DNA from: a virus
Length of the DNA stretch: 64,000 bases
IMG/VR virus record: IMGVR_UViG_3300045988_136773
Strand: one strand, 5' to 3'
The notes beneath the pieces were generated by a model. That model searched no databases. It saw only the letters and a program-made list of their open reading frames with translations, and was not told where the DNA came from. The position numbers and the translations under genes were made by a program. Within the stretch, counting starts at the first letter, position 1; each line of letters begins with the position of its first letter. Shown here piece after piece: positions 55,275 to 63,349 of this stretch.

Positions 55275-55321
55275 TCAGACCAATACAGAAAACAGAAAAT
55301 AACACATGAGGTGATATAGAA

Positions 55322-55714
55322 ATGGCATATACAGTCAAGATCACATACACTGGTCCGGCAAATCCGGAAGCAATTAAGTTTGCATCTCCGATCTGTCCGA
55401 CATTTGCACCAACAAACGCTTACATAGATACTCCGGCATATAAGGGTACCGTATATGATACGCATGTAACTGGATTTGGTTTCATTGATCTGATGGAACC
55501 ATATGCAACTACTGGATTCCCGTACCCAGTACCGCTTGCACAGTTCAAGCTGGCTGTTGTTGGTAAGGATAACGCTAAGGGTGCTAAGGAAGTAGAGTTC
55601 ACTGTAGAAAGCTACATGGAAGCATTTTGGTACATGGAAGCTGGTGCGGCTCTGAAGAATCAAGGCTTTACCGTAGAAGTGAAAGAAAAAGAAGCGGCAA
55701 CCAGTAAGGAATAA
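55322..55714 (+). CDS. Abundant small virion protein (130 aa); capsid decoration candidate
   Basis: It has the same strong codon bias as the capsid gene, lies directly downstream of it, and has a GAGGTGA RBS. Confidence 0.4.
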   Translation: MAYTVKITYTGPANPEAIKFASPICPTFAPTNAYIDTPAYKGTVYDTHVTGFGFIDLMEPYATTGFPYPVPLAQFKLAVVGKDNAKGAKEVEFTVESYMEAFWYMEAGAALKNQGFTVEVKEKEAATSKE

Positions 55715-55764
55715 TAATCTCATATAAAATGATCAAGTTTTATTAGTGAAGGGAGTCCTACAAC

Positions 55765-56475
55765 ATGACAATGCAAGAGGTTGTATCTCAGGTGTCATTT
55801 ATGCTGGGATTCCCAGCTAATAAAAATGTAGAGGGGCTTCAAGTAGAGGAAGCAGTAAACATTGCATTCCGAGAACTGCAACGGTATATGAAAACTCCGG
55901 TTGAGAAAACAGTCCCATATTCTCCAAGAATAGACCTGCTCAAAGTAGGAATCGAAACGGTAAGGGTGCAGTATGTACAAGCTGCATATCCAAGACTAGG
56001 CTTAAATCTGACATCCATTGAAAGTGGTAATGTATTTCAAGTTGGTGCGGCAGTCAATGTTTATAATCCGGTCGGACAAGGCAACATTGTAAATATTGAT
56101 CCCATCATGAGAGAGATGGCATTAGCTCAGGTACGAAATTGCCTGGCAACAGATTTTCAGTGGCATTATGATAATCAGAATCAGGTTGTGTATTGTGCTC
56201 ATAAAGATCCAGTACCACCTGCGGTAACAATCCGATACATTCCAGTATTACATGATGTATCAGAGATAAAAAGCCAAACATGGATCGATTACCTGCTCCG
56301 GTTAAGTGAAGCAAACATGAAAAAAGCATTAGGTCGGACAAGATCAAAGTACCGAGTAGAGGGTTCAAACGTAACTCTTGATGGTGAAACGCTTTTAGAT
56401 GAGGCAAACACTGAACTAGAAACAATCCGAAATGAACTGAGTCAAATTAGCAGCAATCTAGTTGTTTTAAACTAA
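55765..56475 (+). CDS. hypothetical protein; head-tail adaptor or neck candidate by position (236 aa)
   Basis: GGGAG RBS; located in the head module. Confidence 0.35.
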   Translation: MTMQEVVSQVSFMLGFPANKNVEGLQVEEAVNIAFRELQRYMKTPVEKTVPYSPRIDLLKVGIETVRVQYVQAAYPRLGLNLTSIESGNVFQVGAAVNVYNPVGQGNIVNIDPIMREMALAQVRNCLATDFQWHYDNQNQVVYCAHKDPVPPAVTIRYIPVLHDVSEIKSQTWIDYLLRLSEANMKKALGRTRSKYRVEGSNVTLDGETLLDEANTELETIRNELSQISSNLVVLN

Positions 56476-56498
56476 AATATACAGGAGGCACAATTCCT

Positions 56499-56840
56499 AT
56501 GAAGATCAAGATGAATCGTAAGGTAGCGGCAAAGTCCGCTGTTAAAGGTCGCAGAGTAATGGCTGATACTGACGTAGCACCGGAGGCATCTGAACTGTTG
56601 TTTGAAGCAGAAGATGTCGCAGATCTGGTGTCAGAAGTTACTGGTGAAGATGTAGATGTAACCGCAGATGATACTTCTGTAACATTCGATATTGGTGAGG
56701 ATTCTTACGTTGTAGAGGCAGAGGGTACTGAAGATGCTGTAGAGTCTTGTACCACCATTACCCGTAAGAAGAAAGCCGTATCTGCATCTACTAATCGCAG
56801 AGCAGGTCGGCAGATTAAGTGTGTAGCACGTCGTAAGTAA
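56499..56840 (+). CDS. Small protein with basic termini and a very acidic core (113 aa), with high-expression codon bias
   Basis: AGGAGG RBS. The core reads DTDVAPEASELLFEAEDVADLVSEVTGEDVDVTADD...; the C-terminus reads RKKKAVSASTNRRAGRQIKCVARRK. Confidence 0.5.
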   Translation: MKIKMNRKVAAKSAVKGRRVMADTDVAPEASELLFEAEDVADLVSEVTGEDVDVTADDTSVTFDIGEDSYVVEAEGTEDAVESCTTITRKKKAVSASTNRRAGRQIKCVARRK

Positions 56841-56850
56841 TCTTACAGTT

Positions 56851-56862
56851 GCACCTTATATA
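56851..56862 (+). promoter_or_regulatory. Copy 5 of the recurrent motif (CACCTTATATAT)
   Basis: Lies in the intergenic gap, 10 nt upstream of the terminator hairpin at 56873. Confidence 0.3.
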
Positions 56863-56872
56863 TGAATGAATA

Positions 56873-56914
56873 GGCACCTGAGCAGGATATGCACACCTGT
56901 TCAGGTGCTTTTTT
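56873..56914 (+). terminator. Rho-independent terminator after the head module
   Basis: GCACCTGAGCAGG-(9 nt)-CCTGTTCAGGTGC (one G.U pair) followed by T7. Confidence 0.8.
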
Positions 56915-56936
56915 TGTTTATATGGAGGAATCAATT

Positions 56937-57875
56937 ATGAGTGAATCAATTAACTGTAGTATTTTATCTGATGCTGCTAAGTTTCTAAAGCAACTATCAG
57001 AAACATTTTTCAAGCTGATCGATAAGATCTGTGATTCTGGTTTGATGTCAGATGTCAAACAGGGTAAAGATGGTGAAGTTACCAGTAAACTGCATATTGG
57101 TGGAGATATAGCAGAGTGTACAATGAAACCAAATGAAAAGCATAAGGGTGCATGGGATGTAGTGATCATTCCGAAGGGTAAGAAGAAAATCACACTGACA
57201 AATATCCCAGAAAAGAACTTTCAGGATGAATTATTAAAGACGCTTCGTGAAGTTTACCCGGATGCAGAGTTTCAAGAGATAAAATCATCTCATTCTATGA
57301 AGGTAAAACTACAAAAAATCGTATCTGCGAAAGAAATTTCAGTTCGGTGTGTTGGTATAAATGCCAATTACGCCCCTGCTCAGACACTGGATGATTTGTG
57401 CAATGTGCTGAATGATGATGCTTTTCTTGACATGATACCAGAAAATCTTGCAATGTTTGAGATTACAGATCTTGGAGATGATTACGTCATCGATGTAACA
57501 GATGATTTTGAATGTGATATTGACCTAAGCGTGGTAACTAGCTGTGCACTAACTGCATTAATTGCTGTAATGAATGAAATCTGGACTGGTAGATTAGATA
57601 ATGCAACTCTGATTACTTACAGAGATATGCTGATAGCTGATCTAGATGAGCTTAGTAAGTATGCAGATACTGCAATTTCATATAGTTCAGCGGACCTTTC
57701 ATGTACACAAGCATATCCAGCAATTCAGGATTACATTTCAGCATTACAATACTATAGTTGTAATATATCCTCTGAGCGTGCAGATCCAGTAGAGTCTATA
57801 TTAGATAATCTTACAGAAAAATGGGAGTCTATTACGCTGGATGATTATGGTGATGACAATGTCGTTTGGGAATGA
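56937..57875 (+). CDS. hypothetical protein (312 aa)
   Basis: GGAGG lies 8 nt before ATG 56937. The listed start at 56889 falls inside the terminator. Confidence 0.5.
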   Translation: MSESINCSILSDAAKFLKQLSETFFKLIDKICDSGLMSDVKQGKDGEVTSKLHIGGDIAECTMKPNEKHKGAWDVVIIPKGKKKITLTNIPEKNFQDELLKTLREVYPDAEFQEIKSSHSMKVKLQKIVSAKEISVRCVGINANYAPAQTLDDLCNVLNDDAFLDMIPENLAMFEITDLGDDYVIDVTDDFECDIDLSVVTSCALTALIAVMNEIWTGRLDNATLITYRDMLIADLDELSKYADTAISYSSADLSCTQAYPAIQDYISALQYYSCNISSERADPVESILDNLTEKWESITLDDYGDDNVVWE

Positions 57876-58254
57876 TAGAGAGTTTCGGAGATATTTGGAA
57901 TCATCTGAAAACGTGTACGCAGATGTTTCCAGAATTGCGAGGGAAGCAAGATCTCTTGCAAACGATATGAATAACAAATTGCTACATTCTGACGCAATTA
58001 CATGCGCTGTGCATGGTACAAGCCCTGAGTGTGAGATGTGGCGAGATGCTGAAGATGAATATGAAGCTACTGTCATTCGAGATATGTTCTGTTCTATTGA
58101 GGATAAGACAGTTTGTGATGCTGTATATGATTCCTACTATGACAGCAAAGATGCACGTCACCTTATATATGTATACAATGAGATAAAGGATAAACCACGT
58201 CAAGCAAGAGTACGCATCTTGACTAGGATGCTATGGTACAAATTGCAAGCATAG
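57859..58254 (+). CDS. hypothetical protein with a weak RNA polymerase omega-like motif
   Basis: ENVYADVSRIAREARSL against the E. coli RpoZ segment GNRFDLVLVAARRARQM. The start is ambiguous between 57841 and 57859. Confidence 0.4.
   Translation: MSFGNDREFRRYLESSENVYADVSRIAREARSLANDMNNKLLHSDAITCAVHGTSPECEMWRDAEDEYEATVIRDMFCSIEDKTVCDAVYDSYYDSKDARHLIYVYNEIKDKPRQARVRILTRMLWYKLQA
58159..58170 (+). promoter_or_regulatory. Copy 6 of the recurrent motif (CACCTTATATAT)
   Basis: Lies inside the 3' end of the preceding ORF, about 100 nt upstream of ATG 58273 (the cluster containing the endolysin). Confidence 0.3.
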
Positions 58255-58272
58255 GAAAGGTGGTCATTTCAT

Positions 58273-58725
58273 ATGACTGAAAATAAAATTACAGAGACAT
58301 TGGAAGTTTCTAATATGACAGAGCGGGTTACTGATGCAACAATTACCGAACCTGCTCCAAAACAAAAGCCAAAACGCGGACGCAGGAAAGCAGATGTTGA
58401 ACTGAATGTTTCCGAAAAGACAACAACCACTACTACAGAAGTTGTTGCGGAAACAGAATCTGAAAAAGCAGTTTCAGTATTATCTGTAACTGGATCTGGA
58501 TTAAGAGCAGGAAAGACATACACAAATGAAAATGGCATCCGGCTGTATGCATCATGTGTAGCAACAAATCCAGCATATCGCTATATGGGTTCAGTTGCTA
58601 TCTGGTCTGATGATACAATCAACAATCGAGTACGAATTACAGATACTTGTATCCATGCTGGTATTCATAGCAAGCTTATCGGATGGGTAAATATCAATGA
58701 ATTAGGAGATGAGATCAATGTCTGA
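58273..58725 (+). CDS. Protein with a basic/Thr-rich N-terminus and an SH3b-like C-terminal domain (150 aa)
   Basis: GLRAGKTYTNENGIRLYASCVATNPAYRYMGSVAIWSDDTINNRVRITD...GWVNINEL. Confidence 0.45.
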   Translation: MTENKITETLEVSNMTERVTDATITEPAPKQKPKRGRRKADVELNVSEKTTTTTTEVVAETESEKAVSVLSVTGSGLRAGKTYTNENGIRLYASCVATNPAYRYMGSVAIWSDDTINNRVRITDTCIHAGIHSKLIGWVNINELGDEINV

Positions 58726-58837
58726 TGAAAAGGATTTGGAAACACTGACATCGGAAACTAGTCTGTCGGAGCAGGTTGATACTGTATCTGACGAAATGGA
58801 AGTTGAACTGAACAACGGAAAAGGTGATGATGAATAA
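58718..58837 (+). CDS. Small acidic ORF (39 aa), translationally coupled on both sides
   Basis: ATG 58718 overlaps the upstream stop (ATGTCTGA), and its TAA overlaps the endolysin ATG (TAATG). It is below the 60-aa cutoff of the ORF track. Confidence 0.3.
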   Translation: MSDEKDLETLTSETSLSEQVDTVSDEMEVELNNGKGDDE

Positions 58838-59865
58838 TGGCATTTACAAATAGTCCATTAGTATCCAAAGTACATCTGTCTACAAAGTATAATATCCGAA
58901 CTGAAAAGATTTCTAAGATTACAATTCACCATGCTGCCGGAGTCATTTCATTTGAAAACCTGCTCAACTATGTAGCTACAGTAGGTCGTGATATGTCTGC
59001 AAACTATGTTCTGAGCGGCGGTAAGCTTGGATTGGTAGTCGAAGAGAAAAATCGTGCATGGACATCTTCCAGTGCTTGGAATGACCAGAGAGCGGTTACA
59101 ATTGAAGTTGCGAACTCATCTAAGGGCGGTAACTGGCCAATCTCTGATGCAGATCTGAATATGCTCATTAAGTGGTGTGCAGACGTGTGCAAGCGGAATG
59201 GTATTCCAAAACTGTACTATGATGGTACAAAGAATGGCACATTGACATTTCACGAGATGTTTGCAAATACAAATTGCCCAGGACCATACATCAAGTCCAA
59301 GGCAAACTACATTTGTCATGAGGTTAATAAACTGATTGGTGCAAAGAGTACAACTACAGCGTCCACAAAGCCCTCAGCGTCATCTACAGCAAGTACCAGT
59401 ACAGGTAAGCAATATCATGTTGTAACTAGCGTATACGGCTATATAAGTGCTTCTGATGCGGTTTCTGATAAGAACAGAAAGGTAACTGTAAAACCTGGTA
59501 CCTACTATATCTATAATGAAACATCTACGGCAGTAAATGTTACAAAGACAAAGAGTTCTCCAGGTGCATGGATTGCTAAGTCTAAAAATGTAACAGCATC
59601 TACTAGTTCAAAACCTCAGACTTCAATCCGATATGATTGGAAAAAGGGACAGGCAGTAAAATTGACAAAGCAGAAAACACAGCTATTTGCAAATGATTCT
59701 ACTGCTACTCCGGCAGCTATGTTATCCCCTGGTACGTATTATATCTATGATGGTATCAAGTGCGGTCTTGGTAGATTTCGTATTACCACAAAAGCTGAAA
59801 ACTGTGGAAAGACACCAGTGGGGAAATACGTAACTGGATTTGTATCCGCAGACAATTTTAGTTGA
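58837..59865 (+). CDS. Endolysin: N-acetylmuramoyl-L-alanine amidase (amidase_2) with an SH3b-like cell-wall-binding region
   Basis: KITIHHAAGV...ANYVLSGGKLGLVVEEKNRAWTSS...AVTIEVANS...FHEMFANTNCPG, then a Ser/Thr linker. The repeated GTYYIYN/GTYYIYDG blocks suggest two SH3-like modules. Confidence 0.8.
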   Translation: MAFTNSPLVSKVHLSTKYNIRTEKISKITIHHAAGVISFENLLNYVATVGRDMSANYVLSGGKLGLVVEEKNRAWTSSSAWNDQRAVTIEVANSSKGGNWPISDADLNMLIKWCADVCKRNGIPKLYYDGTKNGTLTFHEMFANTNCPGPYIKSKANYICHEVNKLIGAKSTTTASTKPSASSTASTSTGKQYHVVTSVYGYISASDAVSDKNRKVTVKPGTYYIYNETSTAVNVTKTKSSPGAWIAKSKNVTASTSSKPQTSIRYDWKKGQAVKLTKQKTQLFANDSTATPAAMLSPGTYYIYDGIKCGLGRFRITTKAENCGKTPVGKYVTGFVSADNFS

Positions 59866-59900
59866 CATCTTCTAGGCAAAATTTTCCTTCCTTATACAAA

Positions 59901-59945
59901 ATCGCCGTGTAAGTCATTCACTGACCTGCATGGTGATTTTTTTTT
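59901..59945 (+). terminator. Terminator candidate (imperfect, G.U-rich hairpin plus T9)
   Basis: ATCGCCGTGTAAG...CCTGCATGGTGAT followed by TTTTTTTTT. Confidence 0.55.
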
Positions 59946-59991
59946 GTTTTTCACTCGTTATACATTATGTGCGGAGCAGGAGGTTGTTTCT

Positions 59992-61797
59992 ATGATTAAA
60001 ATAGTACAAAATGGAAATGTGTATGAACTAGACTTTCGATATGATCCAAAATTGATAGAACTTGTGAAAAACGTACCAGGCAGACACTATATCCCACAAA
60101 CAAAACGATGGGAGATTCCAGTAGACAACTTAGGAAGATTCCTCAATGAAATTAAGGGAACTGCATATGAATCTCAGGTTCAAACATACTCTGGAGAACA
60201 CATAAATGAAAACGCACATGTTGAGGTAACAGATAAAATTCCAGATGAAGATATTTCTGATATTACACATTATGTCAGAGCAGGCGGTCATTTGTATCCA
60301 CACCAAATTGACTTTCTGAAATATATGAAGCATCGTCAACGGAATGGATTTATACTTGCTGATGAAATGGGATTAGGTAAAACGCTTGAAATTATAAATA
60401 TGGCGTTATACCACAGAGATGCATATCATTATCAGCACTGCTTAATTATATGCTGTGTGAATACTGCGAAGTTTTCCTGGAAAGAAGATATTGAAACACA
60501 CACAAACGGCTGTGAGATAGCATATATCCTCGGTACACGAAAGAAACGCAATGGTGGGTACTCTTATGGTGGTGGTGCAGAAAAGCTCTCAGATCTAACT
60601 ACAGGGTGCATGTACGGCAATGTATCCTGCTCCAAGCTGCCATATTTCTTAATCATGAATATAGAAGCACTTAGAACACGAGCAGGTCGTGTGTATACGA
60701 TTGAACAACAACTGATTAAGATGATTCAGCAAGGTCAAATCGGAATGATTGCAATTGATGAAATTCACAAAAATGCATCCCCAAAATCAATTCAAGGCAA
60801 ACGCCTGCTCAATATAAAAAAGAAAACCGGAATTGCAGCTGAATGGATTCCTATGACTGGTACACCAATTGTAAATAAACCAACAGATGTATATCTTCCA
60901 TTAAAACTGATCGATGGTCATACCTATAAGGATTACTGGAGCTGGTGCCAACATTTCTGTCTGTACGGTGGTTATGGAGATCATGATATTATAGGATACC
61001 GGAATATACCGCAAATGAAGCTCATGCTGAAGCGTAATATGCTTCGGAGATTAAAAAACGACGTTTTGGAACTTCCAGAAAAGACATATTATACAGAATA
61101 CGTTGAAAACACACCTGCTCAATGCAAACTCTATACAAAAGTGACAAATGAACTTGTGTCTGACAGGGATGAGATTGTGCATTCTGTAAATCCATTGGTA
61201 CGTATGTTAAAGCTTCGACAAGTAAACGGGAGTCCAGAACTTATTGATGATACCATATCAATTGATAAATCTTATCTATCAAAGAATGCAAAGCTTGTAA
61301 GAGTCATGGAACTGATTGATGATATCATAGATCGTGGAGAAAAAGTTGTCGTATTTTCCAACTGGACTGCACCATTAAAAACCTTATATAGATTCATAGC
61401 TACAAAATATAAAGTGTGCTGCTTTACTGGTACGATGCCTGAAGAATCCAGGCAGAAGCATAAAACTGTATTTTTGAACAATCCAGAGTACAAGGTGATG
61501 CTTGGTACAATTGGTGCATTAGGGGTAAACCACACACTGACATCTGCAAACAATGTTATCTTTTATGATGATCCATGGAATCCTGCAACAAAGCATCAAG
61601 CAGAGGATAGAGTGTATCGTATTGGTACTACAAAATCCGTAAATATCTACACGGTTATTGTAAAAGATACCATCGACGAAGTTGTCAACAATATTTTGAA
61701 GAACAAGCAAGATATGTCCAGTTATATTGTAGACAATGGATTGGATATCCGAAACAATCCGGAATTGTTTGATATGCTGGTTGGTCATGGTAGGTGA
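59992..61797 (+). CDS. SNF2/RAD54-family helicase
   Basis: LYPHQIDFLKYM, ILADEMGLGKTLE (motif I), AIDEIHKNAS (DExH), PMTGTPIVNKP (motif III), and the C-terminal helicase motifs FYDDPWNP and QAEDRVYRIGT. GGAGCAGGAGG RBS. Confidence 0.85.
   Translation: MIKIVQNGNVYELDFRYDPKLIELVKNVPGRHYIPQTKRWEIPVDNLGRFLNEIKGTAYESQVQTYSGEHINENAHVEVTDKIPDEDISDITHYVRAGGHLYPHQIDFLKYMKHRQRNGFILADEMGLGKTLEIINMALYHRDAYHYQHCLIICCVNTAKFSWKEDIETHTNGCEIAYILGTRKKRNGGYSYGGGAEKLSDLTTGCMYGNVSCSKLPYFLIMNIEALRTRAGRVYTIEQQLIKMIQQGQIGMIAIDEIHKNASPKSIQGKRLLNIKKKTGIAAEWIPMTGTPIVNKPTDVYLPLKLIDGHTYKDYWSWCQHFCLYGGYGDHDIIGYRNIPQMKLMLKRNMLRRLKNDVLELPEKTYYTEYVENTPAQCKLYTKVTNELVSDRDEIVHSVNPLVRMLKLRQVNGSPELIDDTISIDKSYLSKNAKLVRVMELIDDIIDRGEKVVVFSNWTAPLKTLYRFIATKYKVCCFTGTMPEESRQKHKTVFLNNPEYKVMLGTIGALGVNHTLTSANNVIFYDDPWNPATKHQAEDRVYRIGTTKSVNIYTVIVKDTIDEVVNNILKNKQDMSSYIVDNGLDIRNNPELFDMLVGHGR
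61380..61391 (+). promoter_or_regulatory. Copy 7 of the recurrent motif (AACCTTATATAG), inside the SNF2 gene
   Basis: Lies about 410 nt upstream of the next gene (61804). Confidence 0.25.
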
Positions 61798-61803
61798 TTT
61801 ATA

Positions 61804-62016
61804 GTGTACCGATATATTAAAGCCGCTGAAGAGCCATCTGCACTGGAAGAAAGCTTAGATGGTCTAAAAGACGATTTTAATTACATCATGGATGGCTTAG
61901 ACAAGCTAAGCCGGACTGGTGATGATTCTGCTAAGGCTGCATTGTCTATTGCTTTAAGTCTTAGTGATGCAATTGAAAATCATATAGAGCAGGTATCTAG
62001 TCAAATTTTGAAGTAA
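61804..62016 (+). CDS. hypothetical small acidic protein (70 aa)
   Basis: GTG start 6 nt after the SNF2 stop. Confidence 0.45.
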   Translation: MYRYIKAAEEPSALEESLDGLKDDFNYIMDGLDKLSRTGDDSAKAALSIALSLSDAIENHIEQVSSQILK

Positions 62017-62035
62017 TAGAATAGGAGATAGTATT

Positions 62036-63256
62036 ATGAAGATTTATAAGAAAAGCAAAACAGTTTCTGCATCATATGACATTTATGCAGATTCCACTAC
62101 AGAACATGATTACTTAGAAGAATTAAAGGATGCGTGTGGCAAAATTTCAAACCACATTGTCAATGTTGATTATTTTGATGACGATCTCAATTCATATGTT
62201 GTGATTTATGACAAACCAGCACGAAGCGACTACGCATGGAAACGAAAGAAGACACTTATTTCTGGATTAGAGAGATACGGCATATCTGCTAAATACATCA
62301 GCAGCATGGAAAATCTTAAAATGGTTGAGATTGCTATTGCAGATGCGGATACAGTAGAATCATCTAGTAATATCAGTGCGTCATCTAAGTCAGATAACTT
62401 TGTTTTCTACTATAACAGAAAGCGTATGTATTCTGGAGATGGTACAGGATTTGCACGAGTAATCGAAAAGCTATGTAAGAATGAAAAGGTGAATGCTGCA
62501 CTGCAAGATTGGTGCAATCAGTTTGGTGATCCATTTGATTTTGATGGTACACCAAGAGACACCGCAAATGTATTTGCACAGCTCATTGAACAGGACTTTC
62601 ATGAACAGCAGAATGACTTCTACGCAGATGGATCTGGCACTGGTATTAATTTTGAGTGCTTCCCAGAATCTCAGGAATCTGTAAATTCCGCATCTGCATC
62701 TGCAAAGAAATCAGTTACTGCATCTACCAGTGCAGATGATATCTACGCAGATGACATTGAATCTATTCTGAATGATGCTGGATTCTTCCCAGTGTATGTA
62801 GAAAAGACAAGAACTCACCTTGGAACAGAGTTTATTGTAAATTATGACACAGATGAGCATGAACTAAATGATCTGCTGTTTACATTGGAAAACAACGGAT
62901 ACATTGCAACAGTAGATGAAACTACTTCAGATGGTGTTCTTTTGTTCCTGGAGCAGGTGGATTCCACACCGAAATATCTGTATCAAGTATCTTTTGGTAG
63001 TTGGGTTGAAACCGTAGAAATGGATGATGAAACATCTGACTATCAAGAAATTGTAGATACTCTAATCGATCAGCTTGAAGCAGAAGGCTCTGAGGGATGC
63101 TTTGTTCCTGATGATGAAATTGATACATATCCAGAAGATGAGTATGTTGTTGGCGGAAACCATGGTCGTGCACTAATTACAAACGGTATCCTTGATATTC
63201 AGCCTATTGGATGGAGCAATGACGTACAAGCTTCTACTGATATTGTAACTATGTAA
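62036..63256 (+). CDS. hypothetical acidic protein (406 aa)
   Basis: TAGGAG RBS. No motif recognised. Confidence 0.5.
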   Translation: MKIYKKSKTVSASYDIYADSTTEHDYLEELKDACGKISNHIVNVDYFDDDLNSYVVIYDKPARSDYAWKRKKTLISGLERYGISAKYISSMENLKMVEIAIADADTVESSSNISASSKSDNFVFYYNRKRMYSGDGTGFARVIEKLCKNEKVNAALQDWCNQFGDPFDFDGTPRDTANVFAQLIEQDFHEQQNDFYADGSGTGINFECFPESQESVNSASASAKKSVTASTSADDIYADDIESILNDAGFFPVYVEKTRTHLGTEFIVNYDTDEHELNDLLFTLENNGYIATVDETTSDGVLLFLEQVDSTPKYLYQVSFGSWVETVEMDDETSDYQEIVDTLIDQLEAEGSEGCFVPDDEIDTYPEDEYVVGGNHGRALITNGILDIQPIGWSNDVQASTDIVTM

Positions 63257-63301
63257 TATCCTTCAACAGAATTGCGGTGGATGTCCTCGGACTACACCTA
63301 A

Positions 63302-63329
63302 AGAAGTCAGATGCGTCTGGCTTCTTTTT
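63302..63329 (+). terminator. Rho-independent terminator candidate
   Basis: AGAAGTCAGA-TGCG-TCTGGCTTCT (one G.U pair) followed by a T-run. Confidence 0.6.
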
Positions 63330-63349
63330 GTCAAATGGAAGTGATTGTT

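Noticed and set aside
53705-55723. Several long minus-strand ORFs (53705-54076, 53955-54155, 54657-55196 and 55271-55723) overlapping the capsid region
   Set aside because: They lie antisense to genes with extreme codon bias (few T-A-rich codons, hence few antisense stop codons). They have no RBS, and their sequences are low-complexity and Cys/Arg-rich. Every supported gene in the window is on the + strand.
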